From assembly GCF_001457595.1 (NCBI RefSeq), contig NZ_LN831039.1, forward strand, positions 2,100,001 to 2,132,000: DNA of 32,000 nucleotides, given 5' to 3'. Below the pieces are notes generated by a model that saw nothing but the letters and a program-made list of their open reading frames with translations, did no database searches and had not been told where the DNA came from. This DNA is from Mycolicibacterium smegmatis (GTDB lineage Bacteria > Actinomycetota > Actinomycetes > Mycobacteriales > Mycobacteriaceae). Positions 25,759 to 32,000 of this stretch are shown here, piece after piece; within the stretch, counting starts at the first letter, position 1; each line of letters opens with the position of its first letter. A program made the position numbers and the translations under genes.

Positions 25759-27510
25759 TCAGGCGATGCCGAAGTCTTTGATCTTGCGGTAGATCGTGGC
25801 TCGCGACATGCCCAGAGCGGCTGCGGCGTCGGCCTTGTTGCCGTCGTTCTCCAACAGGCTGCGCACGATCGCGTCGCGCTCCATGGCCTCCAGGGGTGTG
25901 AGTTTGCGGCGGGTGACCGACCGGCATTCCGCGGGTAGCTTGTCCACGCCGATCACCCCCGACCGTTGGCGGCGCACGGTCTCGGTCAGCACATGGCGCA
26001 GCTGGGCTATGTTGCCGGGCCACGGCAGTTTGGCCAACTGCCGCATGGCTTCACCATCCATGCGGGCTTCGCCACGGCTCAATTCGTTGAGGATCATCGG
26101 AACCAGCTCTTGGAGGTCCTCTATTCGGTGACGCAGGGCAGGCACGGTGACCGTGTGGGTGAAGAACGGCAACATGAGCAGGTCCACCAGCTGCGAGTCA
26201 CGTTCGGTGCTGGTGGTCGCGGCGATCCAGCCGCGGCCCGCGCGGGTCTGCATGATGGCCGCCATCGGGTTCAGTACCTCGTCGGGCAGTTCGTCGACGT
26301 CGGAGACGATCACCGCGAAGTCGGCGGAGTCGGTTTCGGATTCGAAGGCGGCGACGAAGCTCTCGGGCGTGTCGAAGTTGTCGATGTGCAGCACGGGTAT
26401 CGACCGTTCGGGGGTGACGAAATGCACTACCGAATACCCCAAATATGTTCTGCCAGAGCCTCGTTCGCCCTCGATGACCACCCATTCCCGGTCGCGGTAG
26501 CAGCGTTCCACCTGCTGGGCGCTACGGCGGAACGAACTGCTCTGGCCGGCAAGGCGGGGGATGTGTTGAGAGCTGCGCACCGGAATGCTCTCGGCCACAT
26601 GGACAGAGACGTGGAAGACGACGCTGTCGCTGCGGACGCCCACGATGATGCGTTCGGCGGCCGAGATCTTCACCGACGCACCGCTGGGGAGATGGGCCAC
26701 CGTTGTCGAGGTGAACGACGATCGGGTCAGTTCCGCGGCGTGATCCAGCAGCACCGTCTGATCGGCGGCGTCGAGCGCCTGGCGGAGGTAGCGGTTCATC
26801 AGCACGACGTCCCCGCCGATCGCCAGCACCCCGCCCGGATAGCGGCGACTCTGCTTCAGATATGCGTCGAGGAGCGCGGTTTCGGTCTCGTTGTTCATGG
26901 TGCGAAGGCGGTCCTCGATCTGGCTGCCCGCGCTCTTGGCGAGAACGAACAGCAGCGGGTCGGCCTGCCGCGCCCGGCAGGTCAGATCGATGACGCCGAG
27001 GATCCGGCGGGTGACGGGTTCGCGGATGGGAGAACCGGCGCAGGCCAGCCCGCCCAGCGTTCCGACGTAGTGCTCGCTGCCTCGGATGAAGGCCGGCCGG
27101 CCGGTCTCCAGCGCCGTGCCGATGCCGTTGGTGCCCGCGAACTCCTCGGCGTAGCTGTACCCACGCGCCAGGCGCACATCGTCGAGCACCCGCTCGAACT
27201 CGGTGTCGGCCGCGACACGGTCCAGCACCAAGCCGTCCGCGGAGGTCAGCACCACGCTCACCGACTGATCGGAGAGATCCTCGGCCATCCGTCGCAGCAC
27301 GGGGGCGGCCGCGTGCATCAGCGGCGTGTCGGTGTCGGGGTCGCGCACATAGGGCAGTTCGACGCGATCAGGGTGGACGTGCAGTTCGCGTGATCGTTGC
27401 CAGGAGTTGAGCACGCTCGAAGCAACGGCATCCGGTTGCAGGGCGCCGGTGGAGAGGAACTGCTCCCGGGCGCGCTGGGCGTCCGTGGGCGTGTCGGCAT
27501 GTCTGACCAT
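25759..27510 (-). CDS. mimR: Fis-type activator with GAF-like sensor and divergent AAA domain; regulator of the mim operon (acetoin-regulator-like)
   Basis: 583 aa, divergent from mimA. It has ...FAGTNGIGTALETGRPAFIRGSEHYVG, a P-loop-like GERGSGRT, and a C-terminal Fis HTH NKADAAAALGMSRATIYRKIKDFGI. Confidence 0.85.
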   Translation of the reverse strand: MVRHADTPTDAQRAREQFLSTGALQPDAVASSVLNSWQRSRELHVHPDRVELPYVRDPDTDTPLMHAAAPVLRRMAEDLSDQSVSVVLTSADGLVLDRVAADTEFERVLDDVRLARGYSYAEEFAGTNGIGTALETGRPAFIRGSEHYVGTLGGLACAGSPIREPVTRRILGVIDLTCRARQADPLLFVLAKSAGSQIEDRLRTMNNETETALLDAYLKQSRRYPGGVLAIGGDVVLMNRYLRQALDAADQTVLLDHAAELTRSSFTSTTVAHLPSGASVKISAAERIIVGVRSDSVVFHVSVHVAESIPVRSSQHIPRLAGQSSSFRRSAQQVERCYRDREWVVIEGERGSGRTYLGYSVVHFVTPERSIPVLHIDNFDTPESFVAAFESETDSADFAVIVSDVDELPDEVLNPMAAIMQTRAGRGWIAATTSTERDSQLVDLLMLPFFTHTVTVPALRHRIEDLQELVPMILNELSRGEARMDGEAMRQLAKLPWPGNIAQLRHVLTETVRRQRSGVIGVDKLPAECRSVTRRKLTPLEAMERDAIVRSLLENDGNKADAAAALGMSRATIYRKIKDFGIA

Positions 27511-27569
27511 GGTGGCCTCGGTCTTTTTGGGCGGTACCTGCAGCCTAGGGGCGCCCAGGGCTCGCAGCG

Positions 27570-27582
27570 TCTCAATTTGAGA
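27570..27582. promoter_or_regulatory. Candidate MimR operator, site 1
   Basis: TCTCA-ATT-TGAGA palindrome in the mimR-mimA intergenic region. Confidence 0.6.
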
Positions 27583-27627
27583 ATCGCGACCCCGGATCCC
27601 GAAGAAACTCCTTTCGATGTGACGCCA

Positions 27628-27642
27628 GTCTCATAGTGAGAC
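27628..27642. promoter_or_regulatory. Candidate MimR operator, site 2
   Basis: GTCTCA-TAG-TGAGAC palindrome. Its core TCTCA-N3-TGAGA is the same as site 1, with centres 59 bp apart. Confidence 0.6.
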
Positions 27643-27725
27643 GCATGTGGGGCGCATCACACAGTTACATCAGTGGCGCATCGTCCCCGAATCCGGCGGA
27701 TGGCCCAACTATCAGGAGGCTCACG

Positions 27726-29354
27726 TTGAGCAGACAAAGCCTGACCAAGGCGCATGCCAAGATAAGCGAACTCACGTGGGAGCCGACGTTCGCCACCCCG
27801 GCGACCCGATTCGGCACCGACTACACGTTCGAGAAGGCGCCGAAGAAGGATCCGCTCAAGCAGATCATGCGCTCGTACTTCTCCATGGAGGAGGAGAAGG
27901 ACAACCGCGTCTACGGCGCGATGGACGGCGCCATCCGCGGCAACATGTTCCGCCAGGTCCAGCAGCGCTGGCTGGAGTGGCAGAAGCTGTTCTTGTCGAT
28001 CATCCCGTTCCCCGAGATCTCGGCGGCCCGCGCGATGCCGATGGCCATCGACGCCGTGCCGAACCCGGAGATCCACAACGGGTTGGCGGTCCAGATGATC
28101 GACGAGGTCCGGCACTCGACGATCCAGATGAACCTCAAGAAGCTCTACATGAACAACTACATCGACCCGTCCGGCTTCGACATGACAGAGAAGGCGTTCG
28201 CGAACAATTACGCGGGCACCATCGGACGCCAGTTCGGCGAGGGTTTCATCACCGGTGACGCGATCACCGCCGCCAACATCTATCTCACGGTGGTGGCCGA
28301 GACCGCCTTCACCAACACGCTTTTCGTGGCGATGCCCGATGAGGCTGCCGCGAACGGCGATTACCTGCTGCCGACGGTTTTCCACTCGGTGCAGTCCGAC
28401 GAGTCGCGCCACATCTCCAACGGTTACTCGATCCTGCTGATGGCGCTCGCCGACGAACGCAACCGGCCACTGCTCGAACGCGACCTGCGCTACGCCTGGT
28501 GGAACAACCACTGCGTCGTCGACGCCGCGATCGGAACGTTCATCGAGTACGGCACCAAGGACCGTCGCAAGGACCGGGAGAGCTACGCCGAGATGTGGCG
28601 CCGCTGGATCTATGACGACTACTACCGCAGTTACCTTCTGCCGCTGGAGAAGTACGGCCTGACAATTCCGCACGACCTGGTCGAGGAGGCGTGGAAGCGC
28701 ATCGTCGAGAAGGGCTACGTGCACGAGGTGGCTCGATTCTTCGCCACCGGTTGGCCGGTGAACTACTGGCGCATCGACACCATGACCGACACCGACTTCG
28801 AGTGGTTCGAGCACAAATACCCCGGCTGGTACTCCAAGTTCGGCAAGTGGTGGGAGAACTACAACCGGCTCGCCTATCCCGGACGGAACAAGCCCATCGC
28901 GTTCGAGGAGGTCGGGTACCAGTACCCGCACCGGTGCTGGACCTGCATGGTGCCCGCGTTGATCCGCGAAGACATGATCGTCGAGAAGGTCGACGGCCAG
29001 TGGAGGACGTACTGCTCCGAGACCTGCTACTGGACCGACGCCGTCGCGTTCCGGGGTGAGTACGAGGGCAGGGAAACCCCGAACATGGGACGGCTCACCG
29101 GGTTCCGAGAATGGGAGACCCTGCACCACGGCAAGGATCTCGCCGACATCGTGACCGATCTCGGATACGTCCGCGACGACGGGAAAACCCTCGTCGGGCA
29201 ACCGCACCTGAATCTGGATCCGCAGAAGATGTGGACCCTCGATGACGTGCGCGGTAACACGTTCAACAGCCCCAACGTGCTGCTGAACCAGATGACCGAC
29301 GACGAGCGCGACGCGCACGTCGCGGCGTACCGCGCCGGCGGGGTCCCGGCCTGA
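27726..29354 (+). CDS. mimA: Binuclear iron (propane/phenol-type) monooxygenase hydroxylase large subunit
   Basis: TTG start after [70 protein letters not shown]... with iron-ligand-type motifs DEVRHSTIQ and DESRHISNG. Confidence 0.96.
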   Translation: MSRQSLTKAHAKISELTWEPTFATPATRFGTDYTFEKAPKKDPLKQIMRSYFSMEEEKDNRVYGAMDGAIRGNMFRQVQQRWLEWQKLFLSIIPFPEISAARAMPMAIDAVPNPEIHNGLAVQMIDEVRHSTIQMNLKKLYMNNYIDPSGFDMTEKAFANNYAGTIGRQFGEGFITGDAITAANIYLTVVAETAFTNTLFVAMPDEAAANGDYLLPTVFHSVQSDESRHISNGYSILLMALADERNRPLLERDLRYAWWNNHCVVDAAIGTFIEYGTKDRRKDRESYAEMWRRWIYDDYYRSYLLPLEKYGLTIPHDLVEEAWKRIVEKGYVHEVARFFATGWPVNYWRIDTMTDTDFEWFEHKYPGWYSKFGKWWENYNRLAYPGRNKPIAFEEVGYQYPHRCWTCMVPALIREDMIVEKVDGQWRTYCSETCYWTDAVAFRGEYEGRETPNMGRLTGFREWETLHHGKDLADIVTDLGYVRDDGKTLVGQPHLNLDPQKMWTLDDVRGNTFNSPNVLLNQMTDDERDAHVAAYRAGGVPA

Positions 29355-29360
29355 GAACCG

Positions 29361-29406
29361 ACGGTGGGCGGCACCTTCTCCTCCCCACCCCGGTGCCGCC
29401 CACCGT
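29361..29406. other. Intercistronic stem-loop between mimA and mimB
   Basis: ACGGTGGGCGGCACC (29361-29375) pairs perfectly with GGTGCCGCCCACCGT (29392-29406). 15-bp GC-rich stem, 16-nt loop, no T tract. Confidence 0.8.
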
Positions 29407-29445
29407 GGTCATCCACTACCCGAATCGCAGTCAGGAGGCACCGCC

Positions 29446-30492
29446 ATGGCGGATTCGCACAAGATCAACTTCGACCCCGTGGACATCGAGATGGAGGTCC
29501 GCGAGGACGAGAACATTCTCGACGCTGCCTTCCGTCAGGGCATCCACCTGATGCACGGCTGCCGGGAGGGTCGCTGCTCAGCGTGCAAGTCCTACGTGCT
29601 CGACGGTGAGATCCAGATGGAGAGCTACTCCACCTTCGCGTGTAACGACGCCGAGGTGGACGAGGGTTATGTCCTGCTGTGCCGGTCGCATGCGTTCAGC
29701 GACTGCACCATCGAGCTTCTCAATTTCGACGAGGACGAACTTCTCGGCGGCATACCGATCCAGGACGTGCGCACCCAGGTGCAGGCGGTCGAACCCAAGA
29801 CCCGTGACATCGTGTCGCTGCGGCTCAAGCCGATCGAGCCGGGCAAGTTCGACTTCAAGCCCGGGCAATACGCCGACCTCCACATCCCCGGCACCGACGA
29901 GCATCGGTCGTTTTCCATGGCGACCACCCAGTCACGCAGCGACGAGGTCGAGTTCCTCATCAAGAAGTATCCCGGCGGCAAGTTCTCGGCCCTGCTCGAC
30001 GGCCGCATCCAGGTCGGCGACGAGATCGCGCTCACGGGACCCTACGGCTCGTTCACCCTCAAGGACGGACACGTGTTGCCCGTCGTGTGCATAGGCGGCG
30101 GTGCGGGCATGGCGCCCATCCTGTCGCTGCTGCGGCACATGAACGAAACCGAGAACAGCCGTCCGGCAAGGTTCTACTACGGCGCACGCACCCCGGCTGA
30201 CCTGTTCTATCTCGACGAGATCCTCGAACTGGGCAAGGGAATCAAAGACTTCCGGTTCATCGCCTGTCTCTCGGAGTCCGCGGACGGAGAGGTCCCCGGC
30301 CGGGTCACGGTGGAGGAGGGCATGGTGACCGACGTCGTCGCCCGGCACGAAACCGCGATCGCCAAGACCGAGGTGTACCTGTGCGGGCCGCCACCGATGG
30401 TCGACGCCGCGTTGATGTTCCTCGACGCCAATTGCGTGCCCAAAGACCAGGTGTTCTACGACAGCTTCACCAGCCCCATCTTCGACCAGTAG
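29446..30492 (+). CDS. mimB: Monooxygenase reductase (2Fe-2S ferredoxin domain plus FAD/NAD domain)
   Basis: GCREGRCSACKSYVLDG...CNDAEVDEGYVLLCRS (2Fe-2S cluster), RSFSMA FAD motif, GGGAGMAPILSLLRHM. Confidence 0.95.
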   Translation: MADSHKINFDPVDIEMEVREDENILDAAFRQGIHLMHGCREGRCSACKSYVLDGEIQMESYSTFACNDAEVDEGYVLLCRSHAFSDCTIELLNFDEDELLGGIPIQDVRTQVQAVEPKTRDIVSLRLKPIEPGKFDFKPGQYADLHIPGTDEHRSFSMATTQSRSDEVEFLIKKYPGGKFSALLDGRIQVGDEIALTGPYGSFTLKDGHVLPVVCIGGGAGMAPILSLLRHMNETENSRPARFYYGARTPADLFYLDEILELGKGIKDFRFIACLSESADGEVPGRVTVEEGMVTDVVARHETAIAKTEVYLCGPPPMVDAALMFLDANCVPKDQVFYDSFTSPIFDQ

Positions 30493-30515
30493 CAGCCCAC
30501 CAGAAAGGAACTTCG

Positions 30516-31622
30516 ATGTCAGCCCCTGAGAAGCCAAGAGAACGAAGCTTTCCCAAGATCGAGTTCACCGACTCCGAAGCCGGAGCCAAGGAGTTTCCGA
30601 GTTCCAAGAGTCGCAGTTACTCGTACTTCACGCCGGCCAAGTTGCGCGCGACGATGTACGAGGACGTCACCGTCGACGTACAGCCCGATCCGGACCGGCA
30701 CCTGACCCAGGGCTGGATCTACGGCTTCGGAAACGGGCCGGGCGGATATCCGAAAGACTGGACCACGGCCAAGTCCTCGGACTGGCATGCCTTCCGCGAC
30801 CCCAACGAGGAGTGGAACCAGACCATCTACCGCAACAACGCCGCGGTGGTGCGTCAGGTCGAACTGTGCCTGAAGAACGCCAAACGTGCGCGCGTCTATG
30901 ACGGCTGGAACTCGACCTGGTTGACGTTCATCGAACGCAATGTCGGAGCGTGGATGCACGCCGAGAACGGCCTGGCGCTGCACGTGTTCACGTCCATCCA
31001 GCGGTCCGGACCGACCAACATGATCAACACCGCGGTCGCGGTGAACGCCGCGCACAAGATGCGGTTCGCCCAGGACCTCGCACTGTTCAACCTCGACCTG
31101 GCCGAGGCCACCGAAGCCTTCGACGGCAGCGCCCACCGGGCCGTGTGGCAGGAGGCGCGGGAATGGCAGGCCACCCGTAAGGTGGTGGAAGAGCTGACGG
31201 CGGTGGGGGATTGGTGCCAGCTGCTGTTCGCCACGAACATCGTGTTCGAGCAGCTGGTCGGTTCGCTGTTCCGCACAGAACTGATCATGCAGATCGCCGC
31301 CCGCAACGGCGACTACATCACGCCGACGATCGTGGGCACCGGCGAACACGACTACGACCGCGACCTCAACTACACCCGCAACCTGTTCCGGCTGCTGACC
31401 CGTGACCCCGAGCACGGCGAGGCGAACAAGGCACTGTTCACCGAGTGGCTGGGGATCTGGGTGCCACGTTGCCTCGACGCCGCGCTTGCGCTGCAGCCGA
31501 TCTGGTCGGCACCGGCCGACAAGGCCGTCACCTTCGCCTCCAGCCTGGACGCTGCGAAGGCGAAGTTCACAGCACTGCTGGAAGAGATCGATCTGGACAT
31601 CCCCGAGGAGTTGAACAAATGA
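30516..31622 (+). CDS. mimC: Monooxygenase hydroxylase small subunit
   Basis: [112 protein letters not shown]... Confidence 0.95.
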   Translation: MSAPEKPRERSFPKIEFTDSEAGAKEFPSSKSRSYSYFTPAKLRATMYEDVTVDVQPDPDRHLTQGWIYGFGNGPGGYPKDWTTAKSSDWHAFRDPNEEWNQTIYRNNAAVVRQVELCLKNAKRARVYDGWNSTWLTFIERNVGAWMHAENGLALHVFTSIQRSGPTNMINTAVAVNAAHKMRFAQDLALFNLDLAEATEAFDGSAHRAVWQEAREWQATRKVVEELTAVGDWCQLLFATNIVFEQLVGSLFRTELIMQIAARNGDYITPTIVGTGEHDYDRDLNYTRNLFRLLTRDPEHGEANKALFTEWLGIWVPRCLDAALALQPIWSAPADKAVTFASSLDAAKAKFTALLEEIDLDIPEELNK

Positions 31623-31963
31623 GCAGCATGCAGTTCGGCGCGGCCACAGAGTTCTCCAACAAATGCGGCGTGACGCTGATGAACACCCCGATCGGGCGCG
31701 TCGTCGCCGAGGTGATGGGCGCCAAGGAAGGTGTCGAACTCACCGAGTACCCGTCGATGATCCGCGTCGACGGCGTCAAACTGCTGAGCTTCGACTACGA
31801 CGAGCTCACCGAGGCCCTCGGCGAGGAGTTCGACGGTTCGATCTTCGAGGAGATCAGCTCCACCCACTACGGACGCATGGTGCATCTCGACGACAAGACG
31901 ATGCTGTTCGCCAGCCCCGAGGATGCCGCCGAGTACATCGGCTTCGACCTCACCGCGAAGTAG
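31619..31963 (+). CDS. mimD: Monooxygenase coupling/effector protein (MmoB/DmpM family)
   Basis: ATGA overlap with mim[72 protein letters not shown]. Confidence 0.94.
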   Translation: MSSMQFGAATEFSNKCGVTLMNTPIGRVVAEVMGAKEGVELTEYPSMIRVDGVKLLSFDYDELTEALGEEFDGSIFEEISSTHYGRMVHLDDKTMLFASPEDAAEYIGFDLTAK

Positions 31964-32000
31964 ATCGATCCAAAGAACCCATAGCGCAAGGAGATTGCAA

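Noticed and set aside
25966-27393. 475-aa plus-strand ORF
   Set aside because: It is antisense to mimR, with no recognisable domain.
27583-27726. Sigma54-type -24/-12 promoter upstream of mimA
   Set aside because: No TGGCAC-N5-TTGC-like element was found by eye, and mycobacteria are not known to encode sigma54.
27657-29318. 553-aa minus-strand ORF
   Set aside because: It is a shadow of mimA, which has unambiguous family motifs. There is no coherent domain content on the other strand.
1-32000. CRISPR arrays, phage structural genes, rRNA
   Set aside because: No regularly spaced repeats, capsid/tail/terminase-like ORFs or rRNA sequence were seen.

Overview
The window is high-GC mycobacterial DNA. 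Gene content and order closely resemble the Mycobacterium smegmatis/M. goodii group; this is from memory of synteny, with no database search run. It has four parts. (1) 1-7.6 kb is a conserved backbone matching the M. tuberculosis Rv3193c-Rv3197 neighbourhood: an ABC1/UbiB-like kinase gene cut by an IS256-family element, an Rv3196-like protein, a zinc-dependent protease-like protein, a PDZ/S16 protease and a UPF0182 membrane protein. (2) 7.7-15 kb holds a compact three-gene cassette (WXG-like protein, YxxxD-bearing protein with an HHEERH motif, overlapping lipoprotein), then a very large BTAD/AAA regulator and an FAD-linked oxidase. (3) 15.1-25.7 kb is a ~10.5 kb genomic island bounded by a 47-bp direct repeat of the 3' part of the initiator tRNA-fMet gene. 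It carries redox and aldehyde-type enzymes, an XRE and an Rrf2 regulator, and a complete 1488-bp IS6120-like element with an exact 9-bp target duplication. No integrase was recognised. Two copies of a composite promoter/operator module (TTGACT-N18-TAT[G/A][T/G]T with tandem GTAAC-N7-GTTAC sites) suggest an Rrf2-controlled island regulon. (4) 25.7-32 kb is the mimR-mimABCD binuclear-iron monooxygenase locus, whose regulator is sigma54-activator-like but lacks a recognisable GAFTGA motif. The strongest candidates for something under-described are the T7SS-like toxin/lipoprotein cassette and the integrase-less tRNA-fMet island with its repeated operator module.
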